A DNA stretch of 64,000 nucleotides from Octopus sinensis (lineage: Eukaryota), in contig NC_043005.1 in assembly GCF_006345805.1 (NCBI RefSeq), positions 74,586,001 through 74,650,000 on the forward strand. Reading direction: 5' to 3'. The notes beneath the pieces are model-generated. The model did not search any database and had not been told where the DNA came from. It was given only the letters and a program-made list of their open reading frames with translations. The number at the start of each line of letters is the position of its first letter. The first letter of the stretch is position 1. Both the position numbers and the translations under genes were made by a program. Positions 39,131 to 52,358 of this stretch are shown here, one piece after another.

Positions 39131-39394
39131 GGCAATCTTTCGTCTCTAGTAGACCTTTCCGTCGATTTCCGTAAAAAAAATTTTTTTTTTTACATATGGG
39201 CTTGCGGGAACTTTTGAAGTAATGAGAGCGAAAGAGACTAAGAGAAAGCGATTGTATGACGAGGGAAGTTCTTTTGAAGTTACCGTGCATGGGAGCATTG
39301 ATGTACATGTGTGTGTGTGTGTTTGATGGGGTGTGGGAGACAGACAGTATGTTGTGTAATCGACGGAAAGGTCTACTTGAGACGAAAGATCGCC
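39131..39394. mobile_element. Merlin-like MITE family C (internally deleted)
   Basis: TIR GGC(A/G)ATCTTTCGTCTC, 8-bp TSD gcaaattt. Confidence 0.8.
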
Positions 39395-39946
39395 GCAAAT
39401 TTTATTGTAGGAATTCAAAATAAAACGCAAAGCAGCGGAAATTGTTTGCAATATTAACTAGGCATTTGACCTGGGAGCACCATGTAGCAATTCTATTAGA
39501 TCTATTGGATCTAAATTTTCCATTGTGGAGACAGAAGCCTTGAAGATAAGGCGGGTTGTAGATTTTTTTTTTTTTTTTTGCAACTAGCAATGACCAATTG
39601 ATGGCCATTGTTTAAGAGAGGTTACAGAGTTAAAGTTTCAGCATTCAATTATTCTTCGATTATTTACAGTGTGTTGGGAAGTAGGATTAGAAAAAAAAAC
39701 TCGATAAATGAGTTATTCATTGGCTGAATGAAAGTTTTTATAAAAATGCCGGCATGGCTGTGTGGTAAGAAATTTGCTTCCCAACCACACGGTTTCGGGT
39801 TTGGGCCCCCAATGCGTGGCACCTTGGGCAAATATATTCTACTACAGCGTCGAGTTGACCAAAGCATTGTCAGTAGATTTGGATTTTGGAGACGGAAACT
39901 GAAAGAAGCCCGTCTTGTGTGTGTATGTGTGTGTGTGTGTGTGTGT

Positions 39947-42660
39947 GCTCGCGAAGACGCATCGCTCAGGGGTTAGAGCGTCGTACTCACAATCATGAAG
40001 TAGTAAGTTCGATTCCCTGACCGGGCTGTGTGTTTGTGTTCTCTCCTTACTAACGGTTAACCTAATTTTAGGCTAACGTACCTTAGAGTTTTATTCTTTA
40101 ATGATAGTTTTAAAGGGAATTTACTTGCTGCTTCATTAATCCGATAATAGACGATTTAGTTTTAGTCATATTAACAATTTATCTTATAAAAATTATATTA
40201 AATATGTTTCGCCTGTATTTCTATTGCTCTTGTTTTTTTCAAATTTAATAATGTTTTCAAGTTTTAGAAATTTGCTTCTCCATTCATTATATATCTCTCG
40301 TCAATGAACCAAGGAGGCCGCCATTCGACTTACTAGAAATAGCAACTATATTTTCTTCACATCACACCTTACTGTCTTAAAATAGAAAGGGGCAAAGTAA
40401 TGTAGTTTTGCCGGGATGGTGGGGTGTTATTTATAAAAATAATTGGATAGTTATGTTTAGACTGCCTTTGATCATCGGTCTGCTCAACCAGCGTTAGCAA
40501 TAACGATAATAGCATAATCTCTCGTCAACCACAAATTAGTGAGGGAATTTATTTCAGAAAATATGTTGCTTATTTCTATTAGAAAAATAAGTAATGGGTT
40601 CAAATTTTGGTGCAAACGGCCAGTAATATCTTAGGAAGGGAGTAAGTCGATTGCATTGAACCCAATATTCAAGTTTGCTTTTTGATATCAAATTAAAATA
40701 GTCTACATAGCAAATTGAGTAACTTTTGAGATAACGAAAATGATAATTTTAAAATGGTGCTTCGTCTGTCTTTACTCTCTGAATTCAAATTCTGACGATG
40801 TCGACTTTGCCTTTCATCCTTTCGGAGTTGATAAATTAAGTACCAGTTGCATACTGAGATCGATCTAATCGACTGGTCTCCCTCCCCAAAAATTTCGGAC
40901 CTTGTGCCTAGAGTAGAAAAGAATATTAAAATGGCGTTTTTTTTTTTTAATTGATGGTTAGTTTAAACAAACACATATGATGTTGTATACTTTAAAATGA
41001 AGAGGACAACGACCACATTTACAAGCAGTTTATGTCTAAATGTTGGTGTGTTTATAATGATTATAAATGTATTAAATGAGAAATTGTGTGTATTTATATA
41101 TATAAAATTTCTCATTTTCATAGACTTATACTCATCGATTTTCGAACCATATTGGGTTCTAATCAGCGGTATCTACATCATTTGACTAATCCCAGAGAAA
41201 TAGCCTGTCTGTTTAAATTCTCAACAAAAACAAATCTACTACAAAGAACTGGGACTACCAAATTGCATACCATAAGGGTTATACATGTGTGTGTGTGTGT
41301 GGTGTGTGTGTGTGTGCTCGCGAAGACGCATCGCTCAGGGGTTAGAGCGTCGTACTCACAATCATGAAGTAGTAAGTTCGATTCCCTGACCGGGCTGTGT
41401 GTTTGTGTTCTCTCCTTACTAACGGTTAACCTAATTTTAGGCTAACGTACCTTAGAGTTTTATTCTTTAATGATAGTTTTAAAGGGAATTTACTTGCTGC
41501 TTCATTAATCCGATAATAGACGATTTAGTTTTAGTCATATTAACAATTTATCTTATAAAAATTATATTAAATATGTTTCGCCTGTATTTCTATTGCTCTT
41601 GTTTTTTTCAAATTTAATAATGTTTTCAAGTTTTAGAAATTTGCTCTCCATTCATTATATATCTCTCGTCAATGAACCAAGGAGGCCGCCATTCGACTTA
41701 CTAGAAATAGCAACTATATTTTCTTCACATCACACCTTACTGTCTTAAAATAGAAAGGGGCAAAGTAATGTAGTTTTGCCGGGATGGTGGGGTGTTATTT
41801 ATAAAAATAATTGGATAGTTATGTTTAGACTGCCTTTGATCATCGGTCTGCTCAACCAGCGTTAGCAATAACGATAATAGCATAATCTCTCGTCAACCAC
41901 AAATTAGTGAGGGAATTTATTTCAGAAAATATGTTGCTTATTTCTATTAGAAAAATAAGTAATGGGTTCAAATTTTGGTGCAAACGGCCAGTAATATCTT
42001 AGGAAGGGAGTAAGTCGATTGCATTGAACCCAATATTCAAGTTTGCTTTTTGATATCAAATTAAAATAGTCTACATAGCAAATTGAGTAACTTTTGAGAT
42101 AACGAAAATGATAATTTTAAAATGGTGCTTCGTCTGTCTTTACTCTCTGAATTCAAATTCTGACGATGTCGACTTTGCCTTTCATCCTTTCGGAGTTGAT
42201 AAATTAAGTACCAGTTGCATACTGAGATCGATCTAATCGACTGGTCTCCCTCCCCAAAAATTTCGGACCTTGTGCCTAGAGTAGAAAAGAATATTAAAAT
42301 GGCGTTTTTTTTTTTTAATTGATGGTTAGTTTAAACAAACACATATGATGTTGTATACTTTAAAATGAAGAGGACAACGACCACATTTACAAGCAGTTTA
42401 TGTCTAAATGTTGGTGTGTTTATAATGATTATAAATGTATTAAATGAGAAATTGTGTGTATTTATATATATAAAATTTCTCATTTTCATAGACTTATACT
42501 CATCGATTTTCGAACCATATTGGGTTCTAATCAGCGGTATCTACATCATTTGACTAATCCCAGAGAAATAGCCTGTCTGTTTAAATTCTCAACAAAAACA
42601 AATCTACTACAAAGAACTGGGACTACCAAATTGCATACCATAAGGGTTATACATGTGTGT
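39947..42660. repeat. Tandem duplication of a 1368-1369-bp unit
   Basis: Unit 1 starts at 39947 and unit 2 at 41316. They are identical by eye except for a 1-bp deletion, and (GT)n tracts lie at all three junctions. Confidence 0.95.
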
Positions 42661-42773
42661 GTGTGTGTGTGTGTGTGTGCATGCTTGTATGTGTGTGTGT
42701 GCGTCTATCTTCTTCAGAGAAATGCGTGTTTTTCGTCCAGTTTGTTGAAAACTTAATATATCATTTACATCAA

Positions 42774-43030
42774 GGCGCAGGAGTGGCTGTGTGGTAAGTA
42801 GCTTGCTTACCAGCCACATGGTTCTGGGTTCAGTCCCACTGCGTGGCACCTTGGGCAAGTGTCTTCCACTATAGCCTCGGGCCGACCAAAGCCTTGTGAG
42901 TGGATTTGGTAGACGGAAACTGAAAGAAGCCCGTCGTATATATGTATATATATATATGTATGTGTGTATATATGTTTGTGTGTCTGTTTGTCCCCCCAAC
43001 ATCGCTTCACAACCGATGCTGGTGTGTTTA
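42774..43030 (+). mobile_element. Major SINE copy (3' truncated)
   Basis: Head and core match the consensus. Confidence 0.85.
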
Positions 43031-44169
43031 CACAAGCAGTTCGCAGGAATTGCGTTGCTCCAGGCCATTCACTTATAAATGAGCAACCTTACAATGGATT
43101 GGGATCTTACATGACTGTAGATCATCGTTTGAAAGCAAATGACAAGAAATATGTTCCGATCGGACAATCAACTCAAACTTCAGAATCATTTAAATATCGG
43201 TTTCAAATTGTGACACAAGGCCAGTAACATCGGGGACGGGTAAATCAATTACGTCGACCCCAGTATTCAACTGGTACTTATCTTATCGATCCTCAAAGGG
43301 AATGAAAGGTAAAATCGACCTCGGCGGAATTTGTACTCAGAACGTAAAGACGGACAAAATACCTATTTCTTTACTATCCACAAGGGGGCTAAACACAGAG
43401 AGGACAAACAAACGGATTAAGTCGATTATATCGACCCCAGTGCGTAACTGGTACTTATTTACTCGACCCCGAAGGGGTGAAAGGCAAAGTTGACCTCGGC
43501 TTAATTTGAACTCAGAACGTAGCGGCAGACGAAATGCACAAGGGGCTAAACATAGAGGGGACAAACAAGGACAGACATAGGTATTTAGTCGATTACATCG
43601 ACCCCAGCACGCAACTAGTACTTAATTTATCGACCCCGAAAGGATGAAAGGCAAAGTCGACCTCGGCGGAATTTGAACTCAGAACGTAAAGACGGACAAA
43701 ATACCGCTAAGCATCTCGTCCGACGTACTAACGATTCTATCAGCTCGCCATCTTCAGAATCATTTAAATATTGGTTTCAGGTTTTGACACAAGGCCAGCA
43801 GGTTTGGCGAAGTGGATAAACCGATTACATCAACTCCAGTACTCAACTGGTACTTATTTTATCGATCCCCGAAAAGGACGAAAGCCAAAGTCGACCTTGG
43901 TGGAAAGAATCGTTTAAATATTAACATTTTCTCGGAAACATGTGTCCCTTTTGAGATCGTCATTGTTTAACTGAGTTGAAATTGTAATTCAGTCCTTTAA
44001 TTTTAATGGCATACAAAACGTAAATTTGTCTACATTATTTACATTCGACAGATATTTGTCCTCGTTTTGTTTGTTGTTAACACCGTTACGGCTGATATGC
44101 CCTCCAGCCTTCTTCAGGTGTCTTGGGGAAATTTCGAACCTGGGTTCTCATTCCTAAAGTATTTTTCGA

Positions 44170-44203
<34 letters not shown>

Positions 44204-44210
44204 TCCCCAA

Positions 44211-44256
44211 GACACCTGAAGAAGGCTGGAGGGTATATCAGCCGAAACGTTGTGTT
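44211..44256 (+). ncRNA. Minimal type I hammerhead ribozyme motif (Penelope-like element)
   Basis: Stem I gacac/gtgtt, core CUGAAGA, stem II ggctg/cagcc, GAA, palindromic ACGU stem III, U17. Predicted cleavage is after 44251. Confidence 0.75.
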
Positions 44257-44831
44257 AACAACAAACAAGATGAGGACAAATATACGTCGAATGTAAATAA
44301 TGTGAATAATGTACATAATTCCTCATCTCTTAAATATAGAACTGTAAATTTGTCTGTTTGAAATTGCTCAACTATGCCCCGAACATATTTGAACTGGTAA
44401 TAACCTTGTATTTATACACCTTACTGCTTAGCGATGCCACCCCGTAATTTGAAATTGTTGTTTACTGGGTAACCCACTAAAAATGATGTCCGGAGATAAC
44501 ACAAACCCGCAATTGTTCTCCTGCATAATGTCACGGAGCAAATAGTAAACTCTAAGCAAAATGAAATCATTACACGGTTTCAAACTCCAGTTGAACCATT
44601 TCACATTACTTCTGCTGCTAAAATCATTGCGAAGACCATAGATATCACATTCTCTCTGGCACTTCTCTTATATAAGGCCTTTCAGCCTAGTCAAATAGCA
44701 ACATTTTAAACTTTTTGATTCTGTTTATTCACACTGCAGTTTGAATAAATAAATGAATAATCGTAATAATATTCTGTATACAGTGTATCTATTTTGAATA
44801 TGTGTATGCATATATATATATGTACGTAATA

Positions 44832-45234
44832 GGCGCAGGAGTGGCTGTGTGGTAAGTAGCTTGCTTACCAGCCACATGGTTCCGAGTTCAGTCCCACTGC
44901 GTGGCATCTTGGGCAAGTGTATTCTACCATAGCCTCAGGCCAACCAAAGCCTTGTTAGTGGATTTGGTAGACGGAAACTGAAAGAAGACCGTCGTATATA
45001 TGTATATATATATGTGTGTGTGTGTATGTATGGTTGTGTGTCTGTGTTTGTCGCCCTAGCATTGCTAGACAACCGATGCTGGTGTGTTTATGTCCCCGTC
45101 ACTTAGCAGTTCGGCAAAAGAGACCGGTAGAATAAGTGCTAGGCTTCCAAAGAATAAGTCCTGGGGTCGATTTGCTCGACTAAAGGCGGTGCTCCAGCAT
45201 GGCCACAGTCAAATGACTGAAACCAGTAAAAGAG
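44832..45234 (+). mobile_element. Major SINE copy in intron 1, about 120 nt from the exon 1 donor
   Basis: Full-length match to the consensus. Confidence 0.85.
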
Positions 45235-45355
45235 TATACGTGAGGTGTATTCGTAAGAGAAATAGAGAGAGGTGTTTGTTCCTGCCTCTGTACATGTGTA
45301 TGATGCATACTAATAAAAATACAATGCAAGGAATCAAATTATATTAAAATTTTAC

Positions 45356-45441
45356 CTATTTTCCTGGGCGTTGGTTTGGTTGAAACATCCCAAAAGAAAT
45401 AGCAAGAAAACAGAGAACAGTGATGGTGCACTTGGAACCAT
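45356..45441 (-). CDS. Exon 1 of secreted EMI-EGF-VWD protein (signal peptide)
   Basis: ATG at 45441 gives MVPSAPSLFSVFLLFLLGCFNQTNAQEN, with a hydrophobic core and a likely cleavage site near TNA-QE. The phase-2 donor AG|gtaaaa joins in frame to the next exon (AG+C = Ser). Confidence 0.8.
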
Positions 45442-45588
45442 CCTGATTGTTTAATGTTGTAAATTTGGTTTCTTTGTTCCTTAAGTTCCAACTGATATTT
45501 TCTTGTAAAAAATATTTCAATCAGATGGGTCTTTGGTCTCGCTACTTGGGAAAGCGAGTTTGAACCAACGAGAAAGGACGATCGAAGG

Positions 45589-45597
45589 CTTTATATA
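45589..45597 (-). promoter_or_regulatory. TATA box of the EMI-EGF-VWD gene (candidate)
   Basis: TATATAAAG on the minus strand, about 150 nt upstream of the ATG. Confidence 0.5.
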
Positions 45598-46685
45598 CTA
45601 CGACAGGAACACATTCCAGAGATAATTACAGCTGAAGTAAACAATTTGTCCAATACAGATGTGAAGGTGTCTTCATATTTGTCCGGAGTAAATCAATGTA
45701 ATTTTCAAAAACAGCTTTGAAGAATTTTGTCTTGGCATTGATTTTATTTTTCTTCGTTTTATTAAACCTGGGAATACAAAATGTGGTTTGTTTGTTTGCC
45801 CCTATTTTATTTTCTTTTACGTAAGAAGAAATCATTACAAAGGAAAATGGAACAATGAAACTTAAACATTCCAAGATACGTTTGTATTAGTTGTAGCTAA
45901 TTGGTCAATGAAGTATACGCCTACGATGATGGAGTTGCGTAAGTTAAATTTCATTTAATTATTACTTTTAATGAATAATATTTTTTAAGCAGCAAAGAGC
46001 AACAGATTTTCCGTTTCAGTTTGCTGCGTATAAAATTGGTTTTAAATTTTGGCACAAGGCCAGCAATTTTGAGACAGTGGGTAAGTCGATTACATCGACT
46101 CCACTGCTCAACTGATACATATTTTATCGACCTCGAAGGGTTGAAAGGTAAAGTCAAACTCGGCGGAATTTGAACGTAAAGACGGACAAAACGGTGCTAA
46201 ACATTTTTCCCGTCGTGCTAACGATTCTACCAGCTCTCCGTCTTGTTGCGTATAATATTGATTACTATCAAAGACAAAATACGGCTGGCTATGAGAGTGT
46301 CTAGAGTGGAACCCCAACAACCGGTTGCATTAGTTAAGGAATCTTGAAGAAAGAAGAATGTCTTGTAATGTATATACGTTGGGAAAATAAAGGGTTTGGG
46401 TCGGCAAGATGGCAGAATCGTTAGATCGTTGGTAAAAATTCTTTACGTATATTCCGTCTCTTTATGTTCCGAATTTAAAACCCAACGAGATAATCGTTAC
46501 CTGTCACCCTTTTGGTATCGACAAAATAGTACTAGTCAAGTACCGGGGTGAATGGTGTTGACTAGTCCTTCCTTTTAAAATTGCTACCCTTGTGCTGACA
46601 TCATAAACCATTCTTTGTTGAAAATGTTAGCAGTTAGTTCCCTAGTTCGTATCCGAGTTTGAAGTATTGGTTACACACACACGCA

Positions 46686-46744
<59 letters not shown>

Positions 46745-49700
46745 GCACACACACATTCACAAGAATTTTACTTTACAATCGTTAGGTCCTGAGTTTGGTT
46801 TCTGTGTGTTACATTCTTGAGTCAACCCAAGACTTGTGACTTGGCGAACAGAAACTTGTGAGAGCCCTTCTGGTGTGATTGTACATGTAATTCAAAGAAC
46901 CGACTTCGTCAAAGACAACGTCACACTTTCTCTGTCTGAGAATTAAGCTAAGGCTACACCTGTACGTGGAATACTCGGCTACTTATACATTAGTTCAATG
47001 AGCAAGTAGCTCATGTGATCGAACTACTGACCATTCCTCGTGGAAACCGACTGAGATCCATTGCTTTTGACAGAAATAGGACTAACCTTATCAGAACATT
47101 TAATTGTTCTAGATACATATTGGTTTGTTATTTTTTTTACTAGCTGTAATCAGTAAGATATTGCCATATAGAGATACCGCTACCGTATTGTCATGCCTCT
47201 ATTAAAATATTAATTTCAAATTTTGGTATAAGGCCAACAATTTCAAGGGAAGGGAATAAGTCGATTACATTGACCACACTGCTCAAATTGGTATTTATTT
47301 TAATCGACTCCGAAAGGATGAAAGGCAGAATTTGAACTCAGAACGTAAAAACGGATGAAATGCTTCTTAGCGTTTTGCCCAGTGTGCTAACGATTCTGCC
47401 AGCTCGTCGCTATCAAAATATTGATGTTGTTCTTGAACTCGATATCTTACTTTGTAAAGGACATTAAATTTCTATTACAGCAGCTCAGTGGATGGATTAA
47501 AATCAAATGTGATCTCAGACATGTAAATTACTTCAATACAAGCCGGAAAGCAATTAATCTAATTAATGAAGTTAGTACTAATCAATAATATTAATACGCC
47601 AACTTGTTGTTTTTGTACCTCCGTACCTGTGTTGTGTGTCACACTTACCTCAAAGGAAGAAGTGAGTGGTAAAGCGGGAGAGAGGAGGACAGAGAGGAAG
47701 TGCAAGAGAAAGAGAGACAGTGAATGGTGACGGCATTCGTTTTGTGTTTTTAAATCTTTATTACATCGCAAGAAAAGTTTATACATAGATACATACATAC
47801 ATTGTTAAATAAAAAGCGGGAGAGAGGAGGTACACAGGAAGTAAGAGAAAAAGCGAGAGAGACAGTAGATACATAGATCGAAAGAAAGTTGATACATAAA
47901 TACTTACATACATTGTTAAATAAAAAGCGGGAGGGAGTAGGGACACAGAGGAAATAAGAGAGAAAGAAAGTGAGAGAGACAGTAGATATATAGCTCGAAA
48001 AAAGATTGATACATAGATACATAGACACATTGTTAGATCAAAGACAACTACAACAAATATTGGATGTCACTTTCACTTTTCATTACCACACGAGGATAAA
48101 ACTAACTCGCAAGTGGCTGAGTACTCCACAGACATGCATACCATTAATGTAGTTCTCATGAAGATTCAGCCTCATATAGAATATGACAAGGCTGACCTCT
48201 TTGAATTACAGCTACGACTCATTTTAGCCAGCTTAGTGGACTGGAGCAAGATAAACCTTCAAGCGGTTGGAAGAACACGAAAGAGATCCTATATTGGAAC
48301 AGGAAAATCTTTTTAGTCATTAGGGTCACTATGGGTGTTAATCCGGTCCTAACAGCGGCATTTGTAGGTCTCACAGATCTCGAGGCCAAGCCCCCCAAAT
48401 AAACACTGATGCGCAGGCTGTTGTTATCAAACTGAGCGTGAGTCGAGGGCGAATACACGACGGAATAGCAATCATTTCGTCTTAGCTTTCACTGCTTATA
48501 CTAAACACATGACATTTTTGTCTTACGATATGGAACATTTCCTTTTCTTTCACTCTTTTTAAAAAAAGAGCACGCCGTTGGTTATAACCACGAGGAACCT
48601 GTTTATCTGATCAACGGAACAATCTGCTCATAAAATTATTGCGCAAGTGACTGAGTACTCTTCAGACATGCATACCATAAGGTTGTTCTCAGGGAGATTC
48701 AGCCTCACACAGAATGTGACAAGGCTGGCCCCTTTGAATTACAGCTACAACTCATTTTTGCCAGTTGAGTAGACTGCAGCAAGGTGAAGTAGAGTACTTT
48801 ACGCAAGAACACAGCGCGCCGCAGGGAATCGTACTCATGACTTTACGATCGTAGGCCGAATACCCCTAATCACTGAGCTACGCATTTTCACTCTCTTAAC
48901 CGTAGAGAAAAGGAATGAAACGATAGAGATAGAGAAAGGAAAGCATCAGTCATTTATACTGAAATACGATCGATCTTTTCTAGTTTCTTTATTTTTAATA
49001 ATGAAGAATATGGAAAGACCTTTAGTAACGAAGAGAGGGAAAATCTTTCAGGTGTTTACGTTTTTATTCTGGGAGTTCTAGAACGACTGAGTGTTAGTTC
49101 TCTCTTATTCGGTACTTATTCGCCTTGTTTCATAGTTCTTCATGTCTTTTAGTTGGTGGGGAAAGACCATGTTCTTTTTTTCTTTTCTTCAGGCACGTTT
49201 AACGTTTTCTCTACAAACTACAAACAGGTCCGCTTCCGTCTTCTTTTTTTTTTTTTATAGAAAAACTAAAAAATGGGTAATACTCCCTACAAAATGGGCG
49301 AGAGAGAAAAGTTGCCAACAGGTGGCTACACGAAAGTCAACTCTATACTTTAAAGAGTGCCTTCTACTATAGTCCCGGGCCGACCAAAGCCTCATGAGTG
49401 AGTTTGGTAGACGGAAATTGAAAGAAGCACGTCACATATGTGTGTGTGTGTGTGTTTCTGTGTTTGTCCCCCCAACATCGCTTGACAACCGATGCTGGTG
49501 TGTTTACGCCCCCGTAACTTAGCGGTTCGGCAAAAGAGACCGATAGAATAAGTACTAGGCTTACAAAGAATAAGTCCTGGGGTCGATTTGCGATACTTAT
49601 TCCGGTTCAGGATAACGATAGAGGATGAGGTTACTGCTGTGGTGTCGGCGGGCAGAAATGATGTGTGGTGCGGAAGTATGTGAATTGAGTTGGAGCTGGC

Positions 49701-50542
49701 AGAAACGTTAGCACGCCGGGCGAAATGCGTAGCCGTATTTCGTCTGTCGTTACGTTGTGAGTTCAAATTCCGCCGAGGACGACTTTGCCTTTCATCCTTT
49801 CGGGGTCAATAAATTAAGTACCAGCTACGCCCTGGGGTCGATGTAATCGACTTAATACCTATGTCTGTCCTTGTTTGTCCCTTCTGTGTTTAGCCCCTTG
49901 TGGGTAATAAAGAAATAGGTAGTGTCGTGACTGTCGGCGCGCGATGCAAGGAATGAGGTGCGGCGGATGCGGCGAGTGTATAAGTTTGGTTGCAACAAAA
50001 ATAGAGTGACAAGCGAGGAGGAGTACGAGCGAAAACGAATGAGTTGATGCTGTCAGCCGAGCGACGCGAATGGAACTGGGCGGGAACAGAGACGCTGCCG
50101 AGATGTAAGGTGGAGGGCAGCAGCGGCGACAGTAACAGAGACGCCGACAGCGATGGCGCAAGTGCTAACGTGTACATTTAGTCTGTCGCTCGGTTTAACA
50201 CCATCATCTCATCCTTGGGTACTCTTAAAGGAGTCGAAAGCCACTCCGTATCTAGTCTTTCTCATCCGCCAAATGAGCCTCATTTAATTTTGTTCGGATT
50301 GCTTTCAATCTTGGTGTATCGACGCAACTCTGAATTTTGATTTCGACCAACCAATTACTTTATCTCGTAAATCAAAGAATCTCATGTTATTTAGAATTAA
50401 AGTTCGGAAATTTGGGTAACTTTAGCCAATCAACAGATAACGTGGCATTAGCAGCTTCTTACCATGACAACCACACGCTGTTGTCTATTCTCTTATACTT
50501 GTTTCAATCATTTGACTGCAGCCATGCTGGAGCACCGCCTTT

Positions 50543-51918
50543 CAGCCCTTAACACGTCTATTCAATATGTCATTGGCGACGGGTGTTATACCTGCGGACT
50601 GGAGAACAGCGATAATCTGCCCAATTTTCAAGAAAGGGAGCCGCGAAGACCCGCTTAACTACCGACCGGTTTCCCTTACATCAATAATCAGCAAGATGTT
50701 CGAAACCATCCTTAAGAAAAGTATGATGCTCCGCCTCCAAAACACAGCCTCTATCTCTGATTCCCAACACGGCTTCGTGCCGAAGAGATCATGCTTGACC
50801 AACTTACTGGTAATGGAAGAATTGGTGACGCGCATCCTCGATGATAGTGATGCTGTTGACATCGTTTTATTGGACTTTGCCAAAGCTTTTGACTCGGTAA
50901 ACCACCGCCTATTACTTGTCAAGCTTCAAGCATATAGTTTCCATCCGGATATTGTACGATGGGTTGGTGCCTTCCTCTCAGATCGCTCCTTCCAAGTCCA
51001 AGTTAATGGTTCGCGGTCCGACGTCTCCAGTGCGAGCAGTGGCGTGCCTCAAGGTTCAGTGCTTGGGCCCTTGTTGTTCTTAGTCTTCATAAATGACTTG
51101 CCCGACGACCTCACGCAACACACCCTTCTATTTGCCGACGATGTCAAACTGGTCGCTCCTCGCGGTGATATAGAGGATCTTCGTCGATGACTCTACCAAA
51201 TTTGGAGGTGTTCTAACGAATGGGACCTGTGTCTGAACGTGTCAAAGTGCTGTCATCTGCCTGTTGGCTCTCCTCCTGCAACTCAACTTGATTTCGAGCG
51301 GGGTCGTCTGCTGCTGGAGAGGACCGATCAGGTAAAGGACCTGGGTATCTTGGTGGATTCCTCCTTTTCGTCTTCGGCCCAGTGCGTCCATGCTGCCATA
51401 TTGGAGACCCATATTGGAGTACGGGATTCAAGCCTCTTCTCCTTATCTCCTCATAGATATACAGCATCTCGAAAGAGTCCAGAAGCTGGCTACCCGCATG
51501 GTTCATGGTCTCAAGAATTTGTCTTATGAAGAAAGGCTGAAGACGCTCAACCTTTATTCTCTAGAAAAACGCCGCCGCCGTGGTGATCTCATTCTCGCTC
51601 ACAACATCATAAGCGGAAAGTGTAACCTCTCGAAAGAGCTGTTCTTCACTCCTGCTCCGGAGCGTCGGCTGCGGGGTCATTCCGAAAAGCTCTATCTGCG
51701 ACGATTTCATCTCAATCGAAGGAGAGAGGCTTTCTCCGATCCGTGGAACAAGCTGCCAGACGAGATGGTGAAGATGCCGATGACCGCTTTGTTCAAAGTT
51801 TCCCTTGACCTCAAGTGGCCTGAACTTTTTACATGAACACCACCCTGTACATAACTCCATGTCCCCCTGCATGGCCTTGCTTCTTGCTTTTTGAGCCAAA
51901 AAATTAACTAACTAACTA
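50543..51918 (+). pseudogene. 5'-truncated CR1/L2-type LINE reverse transcriptase fragment inserted in a SINE
   Basis: IPADWRTAIICPIFKKG...NYRPVSLTS...QHGF...GVPQGSVLGPLLF...FADD. In-frame TGA at 51188-51190, an internal deletion near 51390, and a (CTAA)n tail. Both flanks are halves of a reverse major SINE. Confidence 0.92.
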
Positions 51919-52314
51919 AATCAACACCAGGACTTATTCTTTGTAAGCCTACTACTTATTCTATCGGTCTCTTTTGCCGAGCCGCTAATTTACGGGGACG
52001 TAAACACACCACCGTCGGTTGTCAAGTAATTGGAGGGACAAACACAGACACACAAACATATATACACACATAGCCACTCCTGCGCTTATGTTAGACAATA
52101 AATGTTCAATGAGAAAGCTAGGAGAGTTTATGGTTGATCTGGGTCTAAACAACAACATGCTTTGAAATGCTAATTTATGAATGGGGAGAAAATATTTTGC
52201 CGATCTTATAGATTTAACTCTAAAATTACCATAGAAAAATGCAAGAATTTTAAAATTCATATTAATAACGAAGCGTCAGATAGTGGTTGAGAGAGGGAGG
52301 TTGCGTGTACGTGT

Positions 52315-52356
<42 letters not shown>

Positions 52357-52358
<2 letters not shown>

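Noticed and set aside
40997-42756. Repeated identical ORFs (40997/42365 and 41086/42454; also 52283/52810)
   Set aside because: They result from the tandem duplication and the palindrome, not from conserved genes.
45525-45720. Plus-strand open frame WVFGLATWESEFEPTRKDDRRLYILRQ... after a cag
   Set aside because: It overlaps the TATA box and 5' UTR of the minus-strand gene, has no convincing donor or partner exons, and has no recognised homology.
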